From positions 594,553 to 658,552 of the forward strand of contig LSRY02000050.1 of the NCBI GenBank assembly GCA_001643675.2: a stretch of 64,000 nt of DNA, given 5' to 3'. The position numbers and the translations under genes were made by a program. The notes under the pieces are model-generated. The model made no database searches, was not told the origin of the DNA, and worked only from the letters and a program-made list of their open reading frames with translations. Numbering within the stretch: the stretch's first letter is position 1; each line of letters starts with the position of its first letter. Below are positions 1 through 14,936 of this stretch, piece by piece. Origin of the DNA: Monocercomonoides exilis PA203 (lineage: Eukaryota; Protista; Preaxostyla).

Positions 1-202
1 GTCTTTATCAAAAAAAAAGTCTGATCAAATTTACCAAAACACTAATTGATAAATAAAGGTTTATCTTTTTGAAAGAAAATGATGCTTTGAGCAGCAAAAG
101 TCTGTTTCTGTTAAAGTATTTTCATGTAATTCATTATTTACTAGAAATGTACAAGGTCAATTAGACTATTCATGCAAAGAGACTTATTCTTTTTAACTGT
201 AG

Positions 203-6292
<6,090 letters not shown>

Positions 6293-6344
6293 TTTTAACG
6301 AATTTTTAAAAAATTTTTTGTTTGATCATTTCCCACATTTCAAA

Positions 6345-6850
6345 ATGACAAGGGCAGACTCTGATAAACCTCTTGAAATTCTGTTTTGCCCATCATGGTT
6401 ATAATTTTGTTTTTTAAAAATATTTAAATTTAGAAAGTTTATTTGTTTTTCCTTTATGTGATTTTCAGTAGCAATCTTTTATACCCAAGGGAAAATCCTG
6501 CTTTAAAAAGACTGATGTATGTGTGTAAGTCATGCGATCATCAAGAGGAAGCAACGGATCATTGCGTTTTTAGACATTCTTTGAAACACACAGAATCTGA
6601 AAGGCCAAGAATTATCCACTCTCTTATTACTGATCCAACTCTTCCAAGAACTGATAGTGCAAGGTTTTGAACTTGTTTTTTAATAAACTACTCACAAAAA
6701 TTTGTAACATTTTTTTTTTTCAGTTGCCCCGTATGTGGATATAATAAAGCTGTATTCTTCCAGTCAAACACAGGAAAGGAGGCAGAACAAACGATGATGA
6801 TGACTTACATTTGTTGCAATCCAGATTGTCGGCATTCTTGGACAACTTGA
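6345..6850 (+). CDS. RPB9: DNA-directed RNA polymerase II subunit RPB9 (3 exons)
   Basis: Exons 6345-6397, 6469-6663 and 6724-6850 splice to ...FCPSCSNLLYPREN...LMYVCKSCDHQE...DPTLPRT...CPVCGYNKAVFFQS...YICCNPDCRHSWTT*. This gives two zinc ribbons and the DPTLPR motif diagnostic of RPB9. Confidence 0.95.
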
Positions 6851-7797
6851 ACATTTTCATATAGATTATATTATGCATCGTTCTCGTTTTTGATATTTGT
6901 TGTTCGATTGAGATTTCTGTCTAATGGCATGAATTAAATACATGAAAAATATCTTGACACACATTTAATAAATTCTATTTTCAAAAATTTGCAAATTTGA
7001 TGGAATTTATAACATTTCGTTTAAGGATTATTTGAAATTGTCAATTCTTTTTTCAATGAAGATTTTTGTAACAATTTTTATCTTATTGTGTATATGTTTG
7101 GAGAATTTTTCAAGCACTTGAATAAATATTTGATTTTGTTTTTTCAGGAAAAGAATTTCATAAGACCAACGAAGAAGTTGAACTTGTTAATTGAACATTA
7201 AAAGAAGAATTTCATTTTACTGAAAAGCAGAAATGGCATAGAATATGTTGTTTTGTTACAGAAAAAGCCACAATTTGTTCCAAACTTGTTTTGCAAATTT
7301 TTCAAAGTAAGTCAAACATTTTCAAATTTCAAAAAGGTCGAAAAAACAAAAATTGAGAGAAAAAAAATTAAGATTGAGAGTGGAAAAAAATTAATAAATC
7401 AATTAGTTTTGTTCCATTTATGACTTTGAAATAAGAAAACTATTCATTTTTGAAAGAACAATTTTCTTTGATCGATTCCTTATTCTTTCATCAATTTTGT
7501 AAAGTTCATTGATTAAAATGAAAAATAAAAAATATATTTGTTAAAACATAAAATGACAAAAAACTTTGTTTAATGAAAATAGTTCTTGTTACGAAAAAAT
7601 ATTATAAAAAGAATATCAAAGAAAAACTGTTTCTCCAAATGAAACTTCTTCGCATAACTCGTCAAATATAATTATTTGGATGAATCAAATTGAAAATCTG
7701 AAGAGAACATGTTCATTTGCAAGTTTAAAAGGATATTTAGAAAAAAAATTTGAATCTTCTTGTTTTTTTCTTTTCTTTTATTCATTATTGAAATCAC

Positions 7798-7897
7798 ATT
7801 AAAAAGCATTAGCTTCTTAATTCTCGAGAACTAATGAAAATACAACTCCTCTTTCTATTTGGGATAGAGCTCCGTTTTATGGGCTCAGCCGATCAAT
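7798..7897. repeat. DIRS left inverted terminal repeat
   Basis: 7840-7897 is the reverse complement of 12713-12770; 7798-7866 is the reverse complement of ICR 12401-12469. Confidence 0.92.
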
Positions 7898-7908
7898 AAT
7901 TATAAACA

Positions 7909-8961
7909 ATGAGCGTACTTCAGCCTGGACTCGAGTCGAGTCTGAATTCCTTATCTCAGGATATCAGCGGACCTCCGAGCAGCGTGGGATTTACGCAATC
8001 CACCTCCAGCATATTTTCCTCATCAGCCGCAACTATTCCAACACAAAATATTGCAATGAGCCTTGAAAACACATCAAGCCGAGAAGATCACAATGTTACA
8101 AACTTGCTCCATCCACCTTTCCAACAATCTTCAAGCTCTTCTCATCCCCAAATATTTCCAAATCCAACAACACTTGAGCAAAACCCAATCCATTCTCCGC
8201 AAACGACGCAGCAGCAGAATATTCTTCAAACGATAGACACTTCGCAAGAACACCTGATGGAGAAAGACAATTATCAACCGAACTTCAAATACATTTGTTT
8301 CTCGCTTTTCGGAGATAAAACAAAGGATTCAATATTCGAAATGCATTTTCATGAACAAGCAGGCTCAAATGCCACAATTTACTCGAATTTCTCAGCACCT
8401 CCGTTCATTCCAGAGGCTATCCACCCAATTCAAAGAACATCAAATTGGTGCTACGACGCTCTAGAACAAAATGGATTCAAAATCGAAGAAAAATTGATAT
8501 CGGCAATAAAAGCGCTTATAATTGGAAAAGATATGGTAGATAAGGGATTGGACCCAAGTGCAGTTTTGGCTGATTCTTTCTTAATGATGGTTAAAGCACT
8601 CCAGGAAGCGAGAACACAAAGGATCCAAGCAGTTTATGGGTTCAGAGCCGCAAGGACATTAAAAGAAGAAGATGGAGACCAATTGCTTTCCAAGAGGCAA
8701 CTTGAAACGTTGAAGATCGCTGAGCCGAAACAAAAATTGCTTCCTCGACGGCAGGGATGGATCAGACCGTACACAAATACATTCTCACTTAAAAACCAGT
8801 TTTTTCGGACAAGAAGGATCCCATTTACAAGAAGAAAATTCAGTTCAAACAGCAGCAGAAGCTCCCAGAGAACCAGCAGAACTTGGAGCTCCAACCAATG
8901 GGATCCTCGAAGAAAGTTGGAGGAAGAACAAGACTCTTTCTCAAGAACTGGTCCGAAATAG
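7909..8961 (+). CDS. DIRS ORF1, putative Gag-like protein
   Basis: 350-aa ATG ORF starting just inside the left ITR, upstream of and overlapping the RT ORF; basic Arg-rich C-terminus. Assigned by position only. Confidence 0.7.
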   Translation: MSVLQPGLESSLNSLSQDISGPPSSVGFTQSTSSIFSSSAATIPTQNIAMSLENTSSREDHNVTNLLHPPFQQSSSSSHPQIFPNPTTLEQNPIHSPQTTQQQNILQTIDTSQEHLMEKDNYQPNFKYICFSLFGDKTKDSIFEMHFHEQAGSNATIYSNFSAPPFIPEAIHPIQRTSNWCYDALEQNGFKIEEKLISAIKALIIGKDMVDKGLDPSAVLADSFLMMVKALQEARTQRIQAVYGFRAARTLKEEDGDQLLSKRQLETLKIAEPKQKLLPRRQGWIRPYTNTFSLKNQFFRTRRIPFTRRKFSSNSSRSSQRTSRTWSSNQWDPRRKLEEEQDSFSRTGPK

Positions 8962-10808
8962 GGACCAGGAGAATTATAGAGAAGGGAGCTTGTCCTGTTT
9001 GGAGAAGCAGAGAGGCACGAGACAAGCTGAAAAAGGAAGTCAAAGCAGGACATGGTTTTATTGGATCCCAGGAGCAGGAGAGGGAGTGCGAGAAGTGGAT
9101 AACGGAAGCACTGGATTGTGGAATATTGAAGAGGATCAAGTTCGAAGATGCAAAATGCCTGAGCAAACTGTTTTTCGAAAAAAAGAAGAACGGGAAATGG
9201 AGACAAATATTGGACTGCAGACCTCTGAACAAAGCCCTGAAATCAATCAAGTTCAAGCTGGAGGATCACAGAACTGTGGAAAAGTTGATGGAAAAGGGAG
9301 ATTTTGCAACCTCATTGGATCTCTCTCAAGCATATTTCTTAATCCCTGTTCGCGAAGATTTCATCCCGTTTTTGGCTTTCAAATTTCATCAAGAAACAAT
9401 AGCGTTTCAATGCCTTCCATTTGGAATGAAGGATGCCCCAAGAATCTTTACGAAGATCATGCGTTCAATTATAAAGCTGGTGAGAATGAAATGGAAAGTT
9501 CGTTGCATCTCTTATCTGGACGATGTCCTCTTTCTTCACAAGGACAAACAGAAGCTGGAGCAAATAACAAAGGAGGTTATGGATTGGTTCTCCCAACTTG
9601 GTCTGATGGTCAACAAGGAGAAAAGCGAACTTCAGGCAAAACAAAGATTCAACTTTCTGGGATGGAAATGGGATTCGATTCAGTCGACAGTGGCTCTGAA
9701 CGAAGAGAGAATTGCCTCCATTGTTCAGAAGTGTTACATGGTACTGATAAACACAATGAAGAGGCGTCCAATCTCAGTCAAAAAATTTGCTTCAATTGTG
9801 GGACAAATAAGCGCTGCCAGATTTGTCCACACAGACGCATCATTACACATGACAAACCTTTATCAATGCCTAATGAAGAATGTCAACATCAATGGATGGA
9901 ACGGACTATGTCGACTTCATTATGGAATCATTCCAGAATTGACATTCTGGATAAGCGAAGTCAGGAAGAGAAAACAAAGAACGCTTCAATCCTTTGGCTC
10001 CCCTCAGGTGACGATCACAACAGATGCCTCGCCATGGGCATGCGGAGGAAGTGTAAAGATATCAGGACAATTCAAGAAGATTTTTCACGTCCCTTTGAAC
10101 AGAGTTGCTCAAAACCAAACGTCAAACTTCAGGGAATTACTTGCAGTCAAGATTGCGCTTGCAAGGTTTTCTCAGGATATAGCAAAACTGTCGGAAAGGA
10201 AGGTGTTGATACGCTCGGACAACACATCGGTAGTTTACAACATAAACAGATGGGGAGCAGGAAAGAATCTGCGACCTCTATTGAAAGAGATCAGGAAACT
10301 TGTGGAGAGTCAGGGAATCCAGGTCAAAGCAGTTCATATTGCAGGAAAAAGAAATGTGGAGGCAGATGCCCTGTCAAGACTCGAGCAGTCGGGAGATTAC
10401 GAAATCAAAAATCAGGCTCTTCAGATGGCACTCAACTACCTCAGGATCAAACCGACTCTAGATGCGTTTGCCAGTGCAAAGAACAGAAAGCTTCAACGGT
10501 GGTGCGGGCCAGGCAGCAGATTATGTCAGGACGGTCTAAGCTATCCGTGGAAGGGCGAGGTGGTTCTTGCCCATCCGCCAATTCCACTGATCCTTCAGAC
10601 GATGAGGAAAGCGTTGAAGGAGAGAGCGAAGATGATTCTTCTGATACCGGATTGGACGAATCAGATTTGGAGCCAGACCCTTCAACTGTGGAAAAGACGA
10701 TTCATGAGATGGAGATGTTCACGAATGATATTACTACCAGGGCAGGGTTTGAAGGCGAGAGGAGCAGCGCTTCCTCCGGGAGGTTACCTGGCAATAAGCT
10801 TTCCCTAG
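8883..10808 (+). CDS. DIRS reverse transcriptase / RNase H / DNA N6-adenine methyltransferase-like polyprotein
   Basis: RT motifs KWRQILDCRPLN, LDLSQAYF, CLPFGMKDAPRIF and YLDD; RNase H motifs TTDAS, NFRELLAV, RSDN and HIAGKRNVEADALSR; C-terminal MT-like DAFAS...W...HPP...LIPDW. The track start is TTG; the first ATG is at 8898. Confidence 0.93.
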   Translation: MELQPMGSSKKVGGRTRLFLKNWSEIGTRRIIEKGACPVWRSREARDKLKKEVKAGHGFIGSQEQERECEKWITEALDCGILKRIKFEDAKCLSKLFFEKKKNGKWRQILDCRPLNKALKSIKFKLEDHRTVEKLMEKGDFATSLDLSQAYFLIPVREDFIPFLAFKFHQETIAFQCLPFGMKDAPRIFTKIMRSIIKLVRMKWKVRCISYLDDVLFLHKDKQKLEQITKEVMDWFSQLGLMVNKEKSELQAKQRFNFLGWKWDSIQSTVALNEERIASIVQKCYMVLINTMKRRPISVKKFASIVGQISAARFVHTDASLHMTNLYQCLMKNVNINGWNGLCRLHYGIIPELTFWISEVRKRKQRTLQSFGSPQVTITTDASPWACGGSVKISGQFKKIFHVPLNRVAQNQTSNFRELLAVKIALARFSQDIAKLSERKVLIRSDNTSVVYNINRWGAGKNLRPLLKEIRKLVESQGIQVKAVHIAGKRNVEADALSRLEQSGDYEIKNQALQMALNYLRIKPTLDAFASAKNRKLQRWCGPGSRLCQDGLSYPWKGEVVLAHPPIPLILQTMRKALKERAKMILLIPDWTNQIWSQTLQLWKRRFMRWRCSRMILLPGQGLKARGAALPPGGYLAISFP

Positions 10809-12397
10809 TCAAGAAGGCTGGTGAGCAGTGGTTTGAGCAAGGCCTTCGAAAACTTAATGTTCCGGACAGCATGATAATACACATTAAAAATAGTGTTGCC
10901 ACGTCAACATGGACAACATACACATTTGGATTCGCACATTTCGCAAACGCTTGGATCAAGGGGAATATGGGGGAGTTACCGTCAGATCCTGTGATTTGGG
11001 TGAGGAAGTGCTTGGACACTTTCATATGCTTAGATAATGAGGGTTTTCCTCCTCAGTGCTTAAAGCAAACAAGGTCCGCAGTGTCGCTATTCACTAGAAG
11101 TGCTTTCTCTTTCGATTTAGGAACAGTTCCGATAATAAAGACATTCTTTCGATCTATCATGAGAAAGGAAAAGAAAAGAGCTCCGTACGAGGAAATATGG
11201 GATCCACAGGTCCTTTTCAATTATCTCCGAACTCTGTGGCCCAACGAGACTTTGAGCGTATACTCTCTGACATTGAAATCAATAACTCTGTGTATGTTAT
11301 TCACTGCATGCAGGTTTTCAGAACTGGCGAGCATTTCAATGAACGATTCGATAATCTCTGAGAATGCAATTCATCTTTCAGTGCAATTGAAAACAAGACT
11401 CGCAAGATCGTTCATCACAGTCCCTAAACTGAAGGAGATCCAGTCAGATGTTTGTCCAGTGCGTGCAGTATTGGAACTTTGGAACCAAATTAAAGTTTTG
11501 TATCCAGGAAGAGACACATTCATTATAAACACGAGAACCGGATCAAGAATGTCAAAGGATGGAATTCGTAAACTCGCAAAGGAGGCAATGAAGCAGGCAG
11601 GAATCAACCCCTCGTTTCGGCCTTACACTATAAAGCATGCAGCTTTGTCTGCTCTCCTTGCCGCTGGAGTTCCGGAGGTTATGGTAGCACATTTTGCCAG
11701 ATTGTCTCCCACAGCTCACACACCAACGAATTCTTACTTCAAAACAAACACTGCTCAAGCGATGGCCCAGGTTCTGACAGAGCACCAACCATTCCCACAA
11801 ACGGGGTCTCAAATACAACCTTGGAGTGCACAAATAACTCAAGGATCTTCTTTTGCAAACATCCAAGCTCCAATCCAATCTGCAATAAACGTGTTTCCTG
11901 TTCAACATGATATGGTCCTTTCACCTCAACCACATCCTTCGCAACTGCATCAACAACAACCTCAGACGTTTAATTTTCAGCCCTCCTCTCAGTATTTTCA
12001 AAGCCTGCAACCTTCAAATTCAATTGGATTATCGCTGGCGCAACCACAAACTTTCAATTCCCCACAACTATCTTTACAGGCAAATTGTTCCATTCCAACA
12101 CAACAGCTTCCCTCTCTCACAGAACAGAGCATTGACATGGACATCGAAGAGTCGCAATCATCGCAGACCATTGGAGAGGAGAAGGATATCAATAAGGAAA
12201 ATGAAGAAGTCAAAGAAGTTGAAGATAAACTGCACAATAAGGAAAACATTTGTATAGATCAGGAAGAGGATTCGAAGCGATCATGTTCCCATTCAACTGT
12301 CAAGAAATCAAGAAATATTTGCACACGAACAGAGAGAGTAGTAACAAGAGCCTACGCAATATTAATGGAACAGGAGACACAAAACATGCCCAATTAA
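8990..12397 (+). CDS. DIRS tyrosine recombinase (integrase) ORF overlapping the RT ORF
   Basis: YR domain from about 10810: core-binding region SVATSTWTTY, catalytic box I LFTACRFSEL, CPVRA, box II region YTIKH...NSYF. The true start is unknown. Confidence 0.85.
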   Translation: MSCLEKQRGTRQAEKGSQSRTWFYWIPGAGEGVREVDNGSTGLWNIEEDQVRRCKMPEQTVFRKKEEREMETNIGLQTSEQSPEINQVQAGGSQNCGKVDGKGRFCNLIGSLSSIFLNPCSRRFHPVFGFQISSRNNSVSMPSIWNEGCPKNLYEDHAFNYKAGENEMESSLHLLSGRCPLSSQGQTEAGANNKGGYGLVLPTWSDGQQGEKRTSGKTKIQLSGMEMGFDSVDSGSERRENCLHCSEVLHGTDKHNEEASNLSQKICFNCGTNKRCQICPHRRIITHDKPLSMPNEECQHQWMERTMSTSLWNHSRIDILDKRSQEEKTKNASILWLPSGDDHNRCLAMGMRRKCKDIRTIQEDFSRPFEQSCSKPNVKLQGITCSQDCACKVFSGYSKTVGKEGVDTLGQHIGSLQHKQMGSRKESATSIERDQETCGESGNPGQSSSYCRKKKCGGRCPVKTRAVGRLRNQKSGSSDGTQLPQDQTDSRCVCQCKEQKASTVVRARQQIMSGRSKLSVEGRGGSCPSANSTDPSDDEESVEGESEDDSSDTGLDESDLEPDPSTVEKTIHEMEMFTNDITTRAGFEGERSSASSGRLPGNKLSLVKKAGEQWFEQGLRKLNVPDSMIIHIKNSVATSTWTTYTFGFAHFANAWIKGNMGELPSDPVIWVRKCLDTFICLDNEGFPPQCLKQTRSAVSLFTRSAFSFDLGTVPIIKTFFRSIMRKEKKRAPYEEIWDPQVLFNYLRTLWPNETLSVYSLTLKSITLCMLFTACRFSELASISMNDSIISENAIHLSVQLKTRLARSFITVPKLKEIQSDVCPVRAVLELWNQIKVLYPGRDTFIINTRTGSRMSKDGIRKLAKEAMKQAGINPSFRPYTIKHAALSALLAAGVPEVMVAHFARLSPTAHTPTNSYFKTNTAQAMAQVLTEHQPFPQTGSQIQPWSAQITQGSSFANIQAPIQSAINVFPVQHDMVLSPQPHPSQLHQQQPQTFNFQPSSQYFQSLQPSNSIGLSLAQPQTFNSPQLSLQANCSIPTQQLPSLTEQSIDMDIEESQSSQTIGEEKDINKENEEVKEVEDKLHNKENICIDQEEDSKRSCSHSTVKKSRNICTRTERVVTRAYAILMEQETQNMPN

Positions 12398-12400
12398 TGA

Positions 12401-12504
12401 TATCCCAAATAGAAAGAGGAGTTGTATTTTCATTAGTTCTCGAGAATTAAGAAGCTAATGCTTTTTAATTCGTTAGAGAACTAATTAATATACAACTCCT
12501 CTTT
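12401..12504. repeat. DIRS internal complementary region (ICR)
   Basis: The first part is the reverse complement of the element's left end. The second part (ttcgttagagaactaattaatatacaactcctcttt) is the reverse complement of the right end, 12756-12791. Confidence 0.92.
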
Positions 12505-12712
12505 TCCCTCCACAAAGCGAAGCTTTTCCCACCCATGGAACTTACAGTTAATAAAACCTTTTCTTGCATTTAGAAAGTCTTCGTGTTTTGTAGTCATAAA
12601 AGAAAGATATAACTCCTCAGTGCAAATTTGCACAGCCTGTTATTGGACGCAAACTTTTTAATTCTTTTTAACTTTTTCATCACATCAGCAAACACCACAA
12701 ATTTCACGTCAC

Positions 12713-12791
12713 ATTGATCGGCTGAGCCCATAAAACGGAGCTCTATCCCAAATAGAAAGAGGAGTTGTATATTAATTAGTTCTCTAACGAA
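12713..12791. repeat. DIRS right inverted terminal repeat plus right-end extension
   Basis: attgatcggctgagccc...gttgtat is the reverse complement of the left ITR core. Confidence 0.92.
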
Positions 12792-13481
12792 ATAAAAGAT
12801 GAAAATTTAAAAAAAGTTCTTCTGAGGATGTTTTTTCAAGTTTGGCAGATAATCGATATTGAAAATTCAAATTTTAAAGTGGAAAAATATCAAACATCTG
12901 ATGCTCCAAAACGAACTTGTTGCAGTCTGTTATATGGGACAAAATTTTGTGTTTTATGAATTTTGTTCCACACAGTTCTTTCAAAGATTTTTTTCGATTT
13001 TTATATTTTCATATTTAATATTGCACGATCATGGAAGAATAATTTCCATACGATTGCAGAAAAAGTTTGGAACAAATCATTGTATTTTTCATAAATGAAA
13101 GAATTCTGTCCCATATTTGCTTATAATTCATAATCGTATTCACTGATTAGAAAGTCAAATATTCCACTTCATCAATGAAGTTTTGGTTAATTGCAAAACA
13201 GATTGTATTTTCAAATCCTCGTGTTAAAACTGTGATTTGCAGAATTTTCAACATTTAAAATTCTTAATGATGAAACTTGTTGAGTGTTTCCAAATCAGAA
13301 ATTGGAAATCATTCATTATTCAATTTCGTTCTTCTTCTTCTTTTTCTTTTTCTTTTCTTTGTCTCGTTTCGAAGTTATGGAAAAACAGTTGATACAAAAT
13401 ATCTCTTTTGTTTTCTTTTTTGTGAAATGATTAAAAATAAGAAAATTGAAAATATAGAGTTACAAAATACAATGTATTTCC

Positions 13482-14936
13482 TCAAACATTCACAAGATAA
13501 TCTGAAATACTCAAAGATAAATTGCCATAATATTTTTTATCGAGAAATTCAAACATTTCATGAAAGTTGGTGATGGTATCTTCGTATCCTTCTTCTTCCA
13601 TCTTTTCAAGCACCTTCCTTTTTGTTGCCTTTCTTTTCACTTTTTCCTTTTCATCGTCATCCTCTTCTTTCAACCTTATTGAAACGTTCATAAAGAATAT
13701 TAAGCTGTCATGTGCAATAAAGTCATTCAACGTTGGTCGCTGCATCTCCTCCAAAATAGCATCAATAGCATCTCCTTTCAACAAGTCTTCGTCTTTCACA
13801 ACTCTATTTTCTGCTGCATTTCTCAAAGGAAAAGTGCATTCAGAGCTAATATCTCTGTTATTATCCCCAGCTGCTCGATATACCTGAACAATGTTTTTGA
13901 GCAGAGCAACATTTTCTTCATTCTCTAATTTGCATCTGAGGAAATAATAACCCGATGTTTCGAGCCATCTTTCGATTATCAGCACTTCATTCGCTTCTTC
14001 TTTGTTCATTTCCTCTTCTTTTTTTCTGTTCCAATCCACATTTCTTGATAGCTCTTCCAGTTCTCTTGCTGCTTCTCTTCCAAAATGCAACTCATTTATG
14101 ATGACTTTATCCAAGCTCATGTCTTTGTGTAATCGATTAATCAAAAACTGCCAAGCAGACTGATAGGCAAGTTTTGTGAGATTGCGATGTTCCTGATGAT
14201 AAAGAATACTTTCTTTGGTCTTATTCAAATGAAGTTCTTGCCTTAAAATCTAATCAGAAATAAGAAAAATAATAACAATATCAAAAATGAAAAAGAAGTG
14301 CTCACACATAACGATCATCAATGCAACTCAAACACAATAAAGCCATTTCCACTTCTTTTTGAACTTCGTCGGTTTCCTCTTTACTCAACGCAACATTCAG
14401 AAGACATGGCACACAAATATTTAATAATTCAGGTTCAAAATGAAAGTTCAGAGAAATATAGCACACGCAAAGATCAGTTAAAAGCTTTTCATTTTTTTCT
14501 TCGTTTTTCTCATTTTCATTAAAAATCATCTCTTTCATTCTTTTGCCCAATAATGAAGGATAAAATGCAAAATCATAAATGTGTCTCAGCATTTTGCAAT
14601 ATCCAGCTTGCTTCAACAACAAGATTGCGTTTCCCCATGACAAAGTCTTTTCTTCAATCATTTTCCCCATTTGATTGAGCAGTTCTTTTGTGAAAACTGT
14701 TAGAAATTCTTCTTCGTCCATTTCATCCATCATTTCATTCATTTCGTCAATTTTCCACACTTGTTCATCTTCTCTGCAATGTTCCAGTTCGCAAAACAAT
14801 TCTGCAATAGAATTCAAAAAAAGAAAATTTTGTTCAGAATTTGTCAATTCAAATATTAGAACAAACTTGAAAACTGCTCGGTTTTGGTCATAGCCTGAAC
14901 TCCTTTTTCACATTTATCATCATTTGACAAACTCAT
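13482..14936 (-). CDS. Uncharacterised helical multigene-family protein, copy A (3 exons)
   Basis: Exons 14936-14867, 14801-14308 and 14249-13482 join in phase with GT-AG introns. Clearly paralogous to 19773-21251 (LFCELEHC.EDEQ..KI.EMNE, VQKEVEMALL, HFGREAARELEEL, EKMEEEGYEDTIT.FH) with identical intron positions. Confidence 0.8.

Larger units (their letters stand above)
7798..12791 (+). mobile_element. Full-length DIRS1-type tyrosine-recombinase retrotransposon
   Basis: Perfect 58-bp inverted repeat (7840-7897 / 12713-12770); internal complementary region 12401-12504 matching both outer termini; gag, RT-RNaseH-methyltransferase and YR ORFs all uninterrupted. Confidence 0.95.
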
